A stretch of 63,134 nucleotides of DNA, filler included, from Pelomyxa schiedti (taxonomy: Eukaryota > Protista > Evosea), in assembly GCA_020536535.1 (NCBI GenBank). It is 12 parts of 12 records of this genome, joined end to end, with 100 filler letters (N's around TTAATTAATTAA, not from the genome) between each part and the next. Parts side by side here need not be neighbours in the genome. Positions count along the whole stretch, not along the records: positions 17,429 to 32,092 come from JAHLWZ010000541.1; positions 32,193 to 34,866 come from JAHLWZ010001928.1; positions 34,967 to 41,611 come from JAHLWZ010001403.1; 9 more parts are not named here. One strand, written 5' to 3'. The notes below the pieces were generated by a model. The model did no database searches and had not been told where the DNA came from. It saw only the letters and a program-made list of their open reading frames with translations. This document shows positions 25,368 to 37,900 of this stretch, one piece after another. Both the position numbers and the translations under genes were made by a program. Numbering within the stretch: the first letter of the stretch is position 1; every line of letters starts with the position of its first letter.

Positions 25368-26857
25368 CTAACTAAGTTTCCCGATGATTCTTGGAACTTG
25401 CTCTCTGACACTCAGGAGGTTGGTTATAGACTCAGTAGCCAGCCGGTCCCTCAACTCTATGCCTAGAACCATGCCCGAATTGTCAACCAGATAAAGTATC
25501 CTGGGTATAAAAAAAAGGTAAGCACAGCCTAGAAGGCAGGATCGCAAAAAGAATAACCTTTTTATCTCTTCCATCCGACGTCCCCTATTCTCGGTACACT
25601 TAAGATGCTCCATAGGTTTCAAACAAACCACAATGCCCATAATACCTGCAAGCCGATTCCACAAGTGAGTGTTGTTATAATTTTGGACTCATACGGTGTA
25701 GGGTGCCTTCAGCTAGATTGTGCAGTGGGCCTATACGACTCACTGGCAAGGGTTTAAGTATTCCATTGTAATGCCTAGAAATTTGGCTAGCTGGGGTCAA
25801 CTTAATATCCGCTGGGGCCTGAGGTGTTCGCTCCCGCTCTGCGCAAGGAGCAAGAGAGAAACAAGAAATCAGAAACACCTACGGTGGGGGTAGAATAGGC
25901 TGAGGCTGCGTTGGTGCATACATCTCCTGGCCAGAACTCATTCATCATCGGAACAGTATCCTCAAACCCGACAATCCTGACTGTAGTGCCCTGCGTCAGT
26001 GTTACTCCGAACATGTGAAGTAGGGAAACTGTACCTCACAATCTACAGCCAGTGTAGAGCACATTACCCCTGCTCTTCCTTTTCTTGTTGTGAAGCTTTG
26101 ATATCTATTCATCTCCGTTATTTGAAGTTGCACATGCTGCTCTCTGGTGTTAGTGCCACTATTCAAAGATCTGACGGGTATCTGAAGAGTGCCTAGTTCC
26201 ATTTTACTGCTTTTACTGGGAGGGAAACCGGCGGCCACAAAGTGGACCCTTTTCACCAGGAGAATGGAATTCCTTTTTATTGTAAGAGAAGTAAAAGAAA
26301 GAAAAATAAAAAGAAAAAGAAAGCGAGATAGCACACCCATTATTGAGATGGGACATGATCCCCTCTTTGCACCGGGAGAGCTTAAACCAATACCCTCGCC
26401 GAAGCATGACTTCACTACGCACATAGCAGAATCGAGTCTCCTCCTCGTTACGGAAGACACAGTTCCACACCCTCGGACTGTCAGTGGGCTCGATGGAGAT
26501 AAGGGCCATTGGCTTCGGGATGTGAACACGGCGAAACTGGTAAATAGCACCGTCCGCACCCTGAACGACAATGGGTGCCGACACAGGCGCCTGCTTGTCC
26601 GACACGTCGGCAGAGCTCTCAAGGTCAATGTCGAAATCGAACTGAAAGTCACACGAAATGTCGGAACACAATTCAGGCGGTGCGTCCGATACAAAACCAG
26701 GAGGCTGAGGCGATATTTGTTGCTCAATTGGGGGCGGTGGTGCCGGTTGGGGCGCGGGGACCGACAACGGCGGCGCGACAACGTGTTGATCCGCGTGTGG
26801 CTGCGCGACGAGAGACAGCGGGTCGGTTGCGTTCCCTCCCATGAAGGCCGACTTCAT
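25368..26857 (-). CDS. Hypothetical multi-exon protein with Pro-rich N-terminus
   Basis: MKSAFMGG... ORF 26213-26878 followed by further minus-strand exon-like ORFs; 3' end uncertain. Confidence 0.45.
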
Positions 26858-27259
26858 TTTGCTGAAATAAAAAAACACCAGACCGCCGAGAGACTGGGCG
26901 ATGACACGAAAACGACAGCGTTCCGGTCTGTTGATTATTTGATTCAGCCATTTCGGTGGTAACGTAAAGTCGATACGCAGAGGTGAAAACGAGGTGAAAA
27001 CTTTTCAAAATTGTATCTGTTTTAACTCAAATCTTCTAATTTTTACAATTGCAGACGTGAAGCCGGTTCCTAACAATTGAAACCTTCTCGCCTTCGCCGA
27101 GATTAAACGACACGTAATTTTCAAACGACACGCAATAGCCACACCGTAACACGAAAAGCTAGGTACACACACACGGCACCACGAACGATTGTTCTCATTC
27201 CACCACGCTACAGGTACCAAAACCCGCAAAACAACTTCCATTTTTCCGTTTTTTCGAGT

Positions 27260-27600
27260 GTACTTTGCCTCATGCACGATTTAATCCAGACTTTCCTTCC
27301 CCCGATTGTTGGGAATCCAGACTTTGCCTCATGCACGATTTTTTGGTGCTTTTTTTTCCCCCTTCCTGAGACCTTTGCACATGGTATTACAGCTACTCCT
27401 CCTCCCTTCCCTTTTGCCATTCGTTTATCACTTACCAACTCTTCTCCCCAATAAAATACAGTTTTGGTTTGTTGTACTGTTCTTTCTTCCCGACTTTGTT
27501 GCGCAAATCCAGACTTTGTTGGCCTTATTATTACCAATCTCCAGACTTTGCCTTACTGTTCACACAAATCCGGACTTTAACTTTGCCTTATTGAACTTTG
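27260..27600 (+). repeat. Dispersed short direct repeats ((AAT)CCAGACTTTG-like, about 6 copies; ACTTTGCCTCATGCACGATTT x2)
   Basis: Direct observation. Confidence 0.65.
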
Positions 27601-28309
27601 GAATCCGCCAGTTAATGCTACTACTACTAGTAGTGCTTCTGGAAGCAGATTGGCAGCCGAACTTGCACAGAGCCAGCTCGGGGCAGTCATAGCGGATCTG
27701 GAGATTTCCAGTTCTTCCTCTGGCGAATCCCCAACAGACTTCAAGTTGGGGCTCAAAAATGCCCCTCCTCATGCCACTGTTGGTGTGCCTTCCTCAATCA
27801 CCGCTGAGCGTGGCCTTGTGATAGGCACCACACCAGCCACCAGCACGACAACCGCGGCTAGTTCCAAGACGTCAGCAGCAGCACCACCTCTTACGACTCC
27901 TGCACCCTCCACTGCAGCAGCAAAACCTGGGCCAAAGCTTCAAGGAAAGCAACAAAACCATGGCCAAGAGAAGATGGTACCAAGGCAATATCCAAACAAG
28001 GAGAATGGGAACCAGAGGGAGAAGAAGAAGGGTTCACGTTCCTAGCACACCAACAACCCTCTTACGGGGATACATACAACCCTCCCAGGCACCCAAAACC
28101 AGGATAGACTTTTTTTTAGCAAACTTTGGCTGCTTCTTTAACTTAAGTTAAAAGGGTTTTCCTGAGACTTTGGGGAAAATTGTCTGAAGTGTTTTGTTTT
28201 TGCTCGAGCNNNNNNNNNNNNNNNNNNNNNNNNNNNNNNNNNNNNNNNNNNNNNNNNNNNNNNNNNNNNNNNNNNNNNNNNNNNNNNNNNNNNNNNNNNN
28301 NNNNNNNNN

Positions 28310-31242
28310 AGAATTGCCAGAAATTCCTCAGGTTGTCCATGTTGCACTGCCTCCAATTTGGGGAAGGTAACACCATTCTCTTCAGAGATGCCAAACTAAC
28401 TTTGTGCAGAGAGATTCTGGTGCCTTAGATATGAATATTGGCTCACAGATTCTAGCTTGGTTGGTGTCCAGGAGGTGTACGAGAAGATGTGGCAGTCCAG
28501 TATTGGGTGGTCCAAATAACAAGTTCTCCCTTCTTCTTATCCAATGTGCCTCAAACTGGGCAAGGCAACCTCCTCACACACAGGTTCCTTCCCACACTCC
28601 AAAATCAATAACTAATTGGCTCTTCTAGACCTGCTGTGAAAATATCTTTATTTCAGCAATTCCAATGCTGTTCACATCGATTTAGCAATTCCAATTCTGT
28701 TTTTCAGTGCAGTAATTTCTACATCACAATATGTCCGGGAGCTTCCATGAAGGCACACCTCACTACCATGTTACTGAGGGCACCCTTCCCTAAGGTATAC
28801 CATGACTATTTCGAAAATCTCTCTATCATAGAGTGAAATTCAATAATTCCAATAGAATTAATGCTTAATAAATGCCAAGACAAGTTAATAAAACAATAAA
28901 TACAACCAAAATGAATAAATAGAGTTGTACTAATGGTACATAGCTTTGGATGAATTCTGAGCTTTGAATTTGAATATCTAGCATTCCCGCGTTTGTAAGA
29001 ACACTTGCCGTATGTTGTATGCATGATTCCCATCATTTCCGCACTAATCCTGTTGCAGTATGCACGCTGCCAGTGCCGGAAATGTCTGCTTCAGTGATTA
29101 TTTAGGCTTCTGGCAGTTCTAAGATCACCTGCTGTGTATTGTATGTGTGAATCTCTTTATTCCCACAATAATTACATGCTGCCAGGGATGCCTCCTAGTA
29201 AACTCACTCTGGCCAAATAATGTGGCTCCACTGTGTTGGAGATCTGCATGATTGATCCACATCTTATTGTCTGGCTGGGACATCTATTTTTTGGGAATCT
29301 GACTGTGATTGTCAGATTATTTTTCTTATGTGATTCGATATGTGCACCCGTGATGGGTAGATTGTTTCTATTTTTAGATTTTTCTGATGAAAGTTTCATC
29401 AGAAAGCTTACTAGAAAACGAAAAAAAACAGAAATTCTTCATGGGTGATACTAACGCCCCAGTAACCAACTCGACGAGCAATCAAGCTTCCACCCAACCA
29501 CAAACCACAAATACAACAACATGTTCAAGCTCCATCACATCAAACCCAGCACCAATGGGCAAAAAATGGACCTTGGATCCTAATGTCAACAAAGCAGTGG
29601 TTCCATATCTCCTCACAAAAGAAAATTACATCCCACGGAGCTAAATAGTGGAGAAGTGTGGTGCATGCCCAGATACAGAAACCAAGACCCACCTTCAACA
29701 CAGGAACTTCATGACTCATTGGTAGTTAGGAAATACCCATACTGCCACTTTATAGAGACTCTAGATATCTCCTTCAAGAGAGCACAGCTTGGGGCTTGTA
29801 AAGTCAATAAAAAGGGTTCAGTGGAACCAAGGGCTGTCCCCAATCACCATCCAGAAAAGGTCAATGCCCAGTGGATAAAATTCAAGAGAACTGGACGATG
29901 GGTACAGAGTGATTACAGAGATGTAACTGCAAAAGAACTCGAAACTGCAGCAGAGGAGCTGCGGGTGTATGTTTGCCTCCTCACAAGCTTTTCTTTTTGG
30001 CTAATTTGTTTAAACAACACCAAAAGCCGAGGTCTGATTACTGCAGATGCATCAGGGGATGACTGGCAACCCACCACTTTTTTTGCCCCTTTGGCAAAGA
30101 AGGCTAATAAAGCTATGAATCTCATGGCAGCTGCACGAGAAAAATCCCACAAGGAGGAAAGACAGCGCCGCAATTCTATGGCAAAACAAACTCATGAGCC
30201 AGAGGAATCAGGAAACCCACAACAGCCACAGGGACACCAGATGGAGGTTTGATTATTCAAAAAGGCTAATTGGTAACACAAAAAAAAAAAAAAAACAAGG
30301 TAAACAAGCCGCTGACATTTCAGAATTTCCATCCTTTGGAAGATGGAGGTGCTGAGATTCTATTTTCTTTTGACAATGACAGCAGCGCTTCATGGAAAGT
30401 GTCAAAGTCGGAACTGGGTACCCTTCAAAAAGCACTGAGGTGCAATGACCAGAGTGACAGTGAGCTGGTCACAACATACACAACTCTGTAAGTTAAAAAC
30501 CCTTATTGGAAACTGATTCTCATACCCTCACAGTGGTCCACAATCTCCGGATATTGATTTTCTGGGAGTGAATGACAAAGAAAACACCTCTGCAACTCCA
30601 GCCGATTCTACCACTACACAGTCAACAGAAAAAACCATGGAGGATGCTGTTACAGCTGGAAAAGAATTGCTGTCACGAATTTCAGATGTTGTACACCCTG
30701 TTGAGCCACAGTCAAAAAGAGGTAAGCCATGTAGTGTCCAAGGCCGCTCCAAGAAGAAGAAAAGTGATTCTCAGAGGACCACAAGAACTAAAAGTGTTGA
30801 CACAAGAAGCACCCGGAAAAGGCAACCACCTGGAGTGGCAATACGAAAGACCAAAAACCAGGGACCCAAGGGCAACCACCAAAAACGCCGTAAGGAAAGT
30901 CACAACACCCACAAAAGCAAGGAGAGTGACTCTGGTTCAAGTGGCTCTGGCATAGAGTGATAATAAAAAAAAATGTGTTTGTTTCTGTTGCTTGTAGTTC
31001 CCAAATGTGTTGCATTGCTTCCTCCGTTCCATCGCGGTCCATCGCGTTTCATCTACAAACAACCAGCAGTTCTCTTCATCGCGTTACATCGCACTTAAAC
31101 TAAGAGTTCTATCCATCTGCACCGCGATACATCCTTCTACATCTCCCATCGACCATCGGGATACATCGGGATGCATCGGGATGCATCGGGATGCATCAGA
31201 AGGCAGTAACATCGGGGATAATCGGAGATTTTAGCTAAAGGG
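28310..31242. mobile_element. DNA-transposon-like repeat, copy 2, ending GGG followed by TTAA
   Basis: Homologous to 18342-21412; the terminus reads TTAA|CCCTTTAGC on the minus strand, as in piggyBac; internal disrupted plus-strand ORFs at about 29441-30960. Confidence 0.7.
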
Positions 31243-31467
31243 TTAACTGATTTCCAAAACGGGGAAGGGCGAAAGTAGCTCTCCCAGAACCGAAAACCGT
31301 CCATGGGGAAAGAATAACCAAAGGATACCCGTGGTGGAATAGGCGATGGGATTTGATGCGCTCTAGCNNNNNNNNNNNNNNNNNNNNNNNNNNNNNNNNN
31401 NNNNNNNNNNNNNNNNNNNNNNNNNNNNNNNNNNNNNNNNNNNNNNNNNNNNNNNNNNNNNNNNNNN

Positions 31468-32092
31468 GGAAATGTCTGCTTCAGTGATTATTTAGGCTTC
31501 TGGCAGTTCTAAGATCACCTGCTGTGTATTGTATGCGTGAATCTCTTTATTCCCACAATAATTACATGCTGCCAGGGATGCCTCCTAGAAAACTCACTCT
31601 GGCCAAATAATGTGGCTCCACTGTGTTGGAGATCTGCATGATTGATCCACATCTTATTGTCTGGATGGGACATCTATTTTTTGGGAATCTGACTGTGATT
31701 GTCAGATTATTTTTCTTATGTGATTCGATACGTGCACCCGTGATGGGTAGATTGTTTCTATTTTTAGATTTTTCTGATGAAAGCTTACTAGAAAACGAAA
31801 AAAAACAGAAATTCTTCATGGGTAATACTAACGCCCCAGTAACCAACTCGACGAGCAATCAAGCTTCCACCCAACCACAAACCACAAATACAACAACATG
31901 TTCAAGCTCCATCAAACCCAGCACCGATGGGCAAAAAATGGACCTTGGATCCTAATGTCAACAAAGCAGTGGGTTCCATATCTCCTCACAAAAGAAAATT
32001 ACATCCCACGGAGCTAAATAGTGGAGAAGTGTGGTGCATGCCCAGATACAGAAACCAAGACCCACCTTCAACACAGGAACTTCATGACTCAT
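31468..32092. mobile_element. Same repeat, copy 3 (internal fragment between gaps)
   Basis: Near-identical to 29078-29718. Confidence 0.75.
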
Positions 32093-32192
32093 NNNNNNNN
32101 NNNNNNNNNNNNNNNNNNNNNNNNNNNNNNNNNNNNTTAATTAATTAANNNNNNNNNNNNNNNNNNNNNNNNNNNNNNNNNNNNNNNNNNNN

Positions 32193-32866
<674 letters not shown>

Positions 32867-33322
32867 TCAGTTTTTCTTTTTGGTGGATTGGTGAGGAGCC
32901 CCTGGCTTGCTTGGTTTCCGTACGTCCTCCATAACAGAGATACACCACGAGGACAAGAACAGCGACGAGACTATGCACTGCCAGACCCACGTGGGGACCA
33001 TAGCCCAGAACTGCACCATTCCCTCGTGCACAGCGTATCCCCCGGCGGCCCCCAGCCCCGCGATCACAACGACGGTGAGCAGGGCGACGTCGCGCCGCTC
33101 CACGGGGCGGGCGCAGGCCCACAGTAGCAGCAGAGTCCACCCTAGCATGAGGCTCGCGGCCAGCCGCACAGCGTAGCCGTAGTCGGGCCCCGGCAGGAAT
33201 TCGGGGCCCAGCTGGTACATCGCCGCAGCAACGCGGGGAACAAGCATGGGGATCAGAGTCACTCCGTCCAGCACGGCCCCAAGCACAAACACGAACCTCA
33301 AGAACGACGATCCAAGCGACAT
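32867..33322 (-). CDS. Intronless small membrane protein (151 aa, about 4 TM), prokaryote-like hypothetical family
   Basis: Hydrophobic helices, GC-rich coding, motif AASLMLGWTLLLLWACARPVERRDV. Confidence 0.75.
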   Translation of the reverse strand: MSLGSSFLRFVFVLGAVLDGVTLIPMLVPRVAAAMYQLGPEFLPGPDYGYAVRLAASLMLGWTLLLLWACARPVERRDVALLTVVVIAGLGAAGGYAVHEGMVQFWAMVPTWVWQCIVSSLFLSSWCISVMEDVRKPSKPGAPHQSTKKKN

Positions 33323-33486
33323 CTCTTTTTTTTGTTGTTGTTGTTTTGGCTTTGTGTTTTGTTTTGTTCGAACAGAAAAAAACTTTGGTTCTCGAAAAAC
33401 CAGGTGACAAGACCAGATCTTGCGAAAAACAGCTCATCTTAACGGTGCATTCCACATCATTTTTTGTTGGACGTTGGAAACCTGGG

Positions 33487-34866
33487 ATGGCGTCGTCGTG
33501 TGAGGAAATTATGAGGCTGGTGACTGGGCAGTGGGTCAGCCGGAGTTTGTACGTCGCGGCCAAGTTGGGCGTCGCCGAGGCCGTGACTGGGGCTCCGGCG
33601 AAGCCTGTGGAAATCGCGTATCTGGCCGAGAGGGTGGGGGCACACGAGGAATCGCTGTACAGGCTCCTCAGGGCCCTGGCTTCAGTGTCGGTGTTTGCTG
33701 AGGTGCCACTTTTGGGGGGGTGTTGGGTGGGTGATTTGGGATTGTGGGCGAGTTTGGGAGAGTTTTGTTGTGATCTATTATTATTAATTCCCTATGTTAT
33801 TCTGCTGTGGATTAGGTTGAAGATAAGAAGTTCGATTTGACACCATTGGCGATGTTTTTGCTGCCTGACAATCCAATGAGTCTAAAAAATGCTATCATTA
33901 TGTATGGAGAGGAAACTTACAAGTGCTGGGAACTCCTCCCAAAAGTACTCACAACTGGTGGATGGATGTGTGATAAACTAATCTCTATCTAACTTGACCC
34001 CCTACAAGGTAACTCCACTTTTACCGAAGCTCTTGGAATGCCTCATTTTGATTGGTATGAGGCTCACCCTGACGCTTCACACAACTTCAGGTATCCCGAT
34101 AACACATAATTCTTCAATTAATGGAGCAGCTTGAGCATGAAAGGGCTTGGAAGGACATTGTATAGTGATTCATCAATAATTGAGGCAATGGAAAGAGATT
34201 CCCTTCTGCTTGGTATCTCTGAAATATTGCTCCGAGTCTAACACTGCCAACAGGACCCGAACAATGTGTAATTGTGGATGTTGGTGGTGCCTACGCGACC
34301 TTGTTGTCTCAGATTCTTCAAGGAAGAAACTGGTTACGGGGAATATCTTATGACTTACCCGGGGTTACTGCCTCAGCCCAAAAATATGCTGCCAGCATCG
34401 ATCCCACCATTTCTAGTCGATTGAACTTCATTTCGGGAGACTTTTTTGCTTCAGTTCCTCCTGGTAAGTAAACCACAACTTCATTCCCCTTTTTAAACTT
34501 TGTTTCTAGGCAACATCTTCATTCTCAAAAGAATTATACATGACTGGCAAGATGCACAAGCGGAAGCGATTCTTCGTAATGTTGCTCAAGCTCTCTTACC
34601 TGGAGGCAAAGTTCTGATAATTGAGACAGTCATTCCCAAGGGAAATGACTTTTATTTTGGGAAATGGCTTGATGTCCGTGAGTCCAAACAATATCAATTT
34701 ATTATGTAAATTAACTCTCATACACAGACATGATGACAGTGACAGGGGGAAAAGAAAGAACTGAAGAGGAATTTTCTGTGCTCTGCCACAATGCAGGACT
34801 CAAATATGTCGCTCTTCACAAGACATCGAGCGTTATCTGCATAGTAGAAGCCACCAAACAAACTCC
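33487..34866 (+). CDS. Class II SAM-dependent O-methyltransferase (dimerisation domain + Methyltransf_2), multi-intron
   Basis: LYVAAKLGVAE, LYRLLRALAS, VDVGGA, GDFFASVP, LKRIIHDW, LLPGGKVLIIE and GGKERTEEEF motifs. Confidence 0.92.
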
Positions 34867-35492
34867 NNNNNNNNNNNNNNNNNNNNNNNNNNNNNNNNNN
34901 NNNNNNNNNNTTAATTAATTAANNNNNNNNNNNNNNNNNNNNNNNNNNNNNNNNNNNNNNNNNNNNTTGTTCTACTGACAATCAAAGTATTTTTTTTTCC
35001 TTTGGGCCCAAACATCGGAACCACAGGGCCTCCGTGCCCAGATGTGCGTCCATACGATGTGTCACACCGTGGGTAGGACTGTTGGCGTGAGCAGGGACGT
35101 CGAGGGTCACTTGTGGCCGAGAAAACCAATGAGGGAGGTACAGGAGTTTTCGAGGTCCCAGTTCGCTCTATCCCCTCAGTGGTCTATTTTTAGGTTTGTC
35201 AGAATTCGGCCGATCAATTGAGTTGTCTCTCATTCGTATGTACGAAGAAAACAACAGGTGCGGCGCGCCGACACTTTGCATTGTGGTTTTTTCCCTCCAT
35301 TCCATTCCATCTTAGAACGGAATTGTGTAATTTGCTTTTCAATTTTGTTTGTGTTTTGTATGGGTTGGGTAACGTTTAGTTTAGTTTTGGGTGCTGATGT
35401 GGATGAGTGGTATCCCCCAAGAGCCCTGTGCTGAAAGTTAGTACAAACAATACTGTAAGTTATTGTAAACAAACTGGTTTGCTGTCTCCCAA

Positions 35493-36728
35493 TCATGGGG
35501 TTGAGAAAACATGAGTGCCACAAAATATCCTTCCGCTGTTCCCATAACAACTCAGCAGGTTTATGGTAACGATGTGGTGCCCAGTGTATGCCTCTGTCAC
35601 TCTCACTAGATCACCACTGCAAACCTCAAAAATGAAGCCGCCACTTCCAAGCAACATGTGGCAATCCTGACTCATCACACTCCTCAGTGGTTGCGTGAGG
35701 TTGTTGCAGTCCCACACTTCAAAGCCCCTCCAATTGTGGGACACACAAAACAGCGATGCTGATAGCCTCCCAAAAATTTCACCCTTTGTGACAAGCGGCA
35801 CGATTGCCTCTCCAGTGTCCAGGTCAATCTCAACAATGCGTGCCATGTTCTGTAATCCCGTTTGGCCCTCCTGATACATCAGCGTGTGATCACCACTGCT
35901 CTTCTTCATCACAAGTGAAGTGAAGTATAGGAGCGGAACTGACACAACGCTGACCACAGAAATTTTCCCAGTAGAGCTGGTCTGTTGGAGGTTGATAGTG
36001 ACCAGGTCAGTTCCTGGTTCAGTGCTGGTGGTAAACACCAGAATGGCTTCACCAGGCCTCCCACACACGATCGAGTGGAAATACCTCTCATTCAAGCACC
36101 CAAACTCACCAACTCCTCCAATCACATCAAAGGCACCTCTCGTGTTGTCAGGACACAGAAGCAAGTCCTCGATCACCATCACAGTGCCGTTGCACCACAC
36201 CCACCAGCAACCGTCTGTGGGATGGCACCTGAACCACCCCCCCATTGTGTGGAGTATCTCGGGACTGAATGTGGTGGTCAATGGGTCCTCACATGGAACA
36301 ACCAGCACCTCCTTCATGTGGCCAACCGCCAATTCCGAGAACGCCGGTGCGACGCAGTCCGTGCTGATGAAGAACGCGGGCCCGGACTCGGCCGACTCGG
36401 TGGCGCAGTCCCACAATTCCTGAGCAACGGCCCCGGTGACCCCGAGCAGGAGCCGCGAGACGCCAAACGACACGAGCGCCGCGGCCGTGGTGCCGGTTTC
36501 GGAGTCGCGGGTGATGCTGAGCACGGAGAGGCGCGGGCCGCGGGACCACAGGCGTCGCCACAGCGCGAGCATGAGCGGGGCGTCGCGCGCGACCGGCGCA
36601 GCGGGGCTGCCGCTCCCGCACCGCGCGTGGGACGCGCACGCCAGTGCCGCAATTCTGATTCGGGCGTCGTCGGCAGAGACCACCAACACCGGCGTCGTAG
36701 GCTCGGTTGCGGGTGTGCCTGTGCTCAT
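35493..36728 (-). CDS. Expanded-family hypothetical protein (411 aa)
   Basis: ARIRIAALACASHARCGSGSPA...LW N-terminal motif; intronless ORF. Confidence 0.8.
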   Translation of the reverse strand: MSTGTPATEPTTPVLVVSADDARIRIAALACASHARCGSGSPAAPVARDAPLMLALWRRLWSRGPRLSVLSITRDSETGTTAAALVSFGVSRLLLGVTGAVAQELWDCATESAESGPAFFISTDCVAPAFSELAVGHMKEVLVVPCEDPLTTTFSPEILHTMGGWFRCHPTDGCWWVWCNGTVMVIEDLLLCPDNTRGAFDVIGGVGEFGCLNERYFHSIVCGRPGEAILVFTTSTEPGTDLVTINLQQTSSTGKISVVSVVSVPLLYFTSLVMKKSSGDHTLMYQEGQTGLQNMARIVEIDLDTGEAIVPLVTKGEIFGRLSASLFCVSHNWRGFEVWDCNNLTQPLRSVMSQDCHMLLGSGGFIFEVCSGDLVRVTEAYTGHHIVTINLLSCYGNSGRIFCGTHVFSTP

Positions 36729-37004
36729 TTCAACGAAGTGTTGGTTCTAGGTTTCTTGGAAAAACCACACAAGCAACAGAACAGCCTGATCGAGGGTGAT
36801 TCCTCGCGCCGGGCTGGCCGCGCAACACCGATTGTGGGATGCGCAGACACCAAGAGTTATGCACCTGTGATTGCGATTCATCTGCTACTACCACGTGGCA
36901 TGTTCTCTCGGTGATTTTTGAACACCAACCACGTACTGTGGCAGTAGATCAACAAACCAGAACAGTGACTGCGAGGAAACCAACAAAGGACACCACAGGT
37001 GTGA

Positions 37005-37774
37005 TTATTCACTTCCATTGGGGTGATTATGACAAAGACTGGATGGAGGGGGAAGGGAAATGCGTGTGAGTGGTGGTGGGTGATGTTCAGTGGGGGGAAC
37101 TGAAAGACACACCAAAATAGCCTCAACCAGGTCTCCATTTGCCGCACGCAAAGCAGTGACTGCTGTTGCTCTGTCAACATGGGCTTGATTGATAACTGCC
37201 TCAATATCCTCCACACTGAACCCAGAGTCATCCACTGAAGTTCAGTGAATGAATAATAATGTGTGTGTATAAAATAAAAACCCACTCCGCAACTATAAAG
37301 AAATTGCACATACTGGGGGTGGCTGAAACCTCCTTCTCTTCTTTCTGACTGTCGTCTGTGGCCGCTGGTGTTGAAAATCTTGCCTGCAGATTTGAATACT
37401 TGTCTCTCCCTTTCAAAAGACAACACCACATTAGGGGCATCCCCTCATTTTGTGTTTTTGGTGGTTAAAAAAAGGTCGTACATACAGTTGGCTGCTTCAG
37501 TTTTTAATTCTGCGTTCTGGGCCGCGAGGTTTTGCACTTCTGCAAATAACAACAACAATAAATTATTGTGTCGTAGTCAAATGACAACGTAATGTTGTCG
37601 TGTATAATTCTTGTTGTTATTATTGTTGTTGTTATTGTTGTTAACAACAGTACCTCTGCACACAGCAGACAACCTGGAGGCCAAAGAACGAACCTGTTCC
37701 TCCAGTTGATGTATTCTGTCTGCCGTTGCTGTTGAAGCGGCCTCGTTGTTGAATTGCATCGTCGTGCTGCTCAT
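37005..37774 (-). CDS. Coiled-coil protein with NAC-alpha/HYPK-type C-terminal UBA domain, multi-intron
   Basis: DDSGFSVEDIEAVINQAHVDRATAVTALRAANGDLVEAIL matches the NACalpha UBA pattern; upstream RIHQLEEQVRSL coiled coil; no NAC domain recognised; 3' end approximate. Confidence 0.6.
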
Positions 37775-37900
37775 TTTATGGATTGTGTGTTACGTAACGC
37801 AATAGACCGGTCGATCGTCTTGTTGATCAAAAACTGAGTTCTGCGAACAGGGGTTAACCACTAACACGCCTAACCAATGAATAGAGAGATGAAGGACACC

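Noticed and set aside
27260-27600. CRISPR-like array
   Set aside because: The repeats are about 10-13 bp, degenerate and irregularly spaced; eukaryotic context and no cas genes
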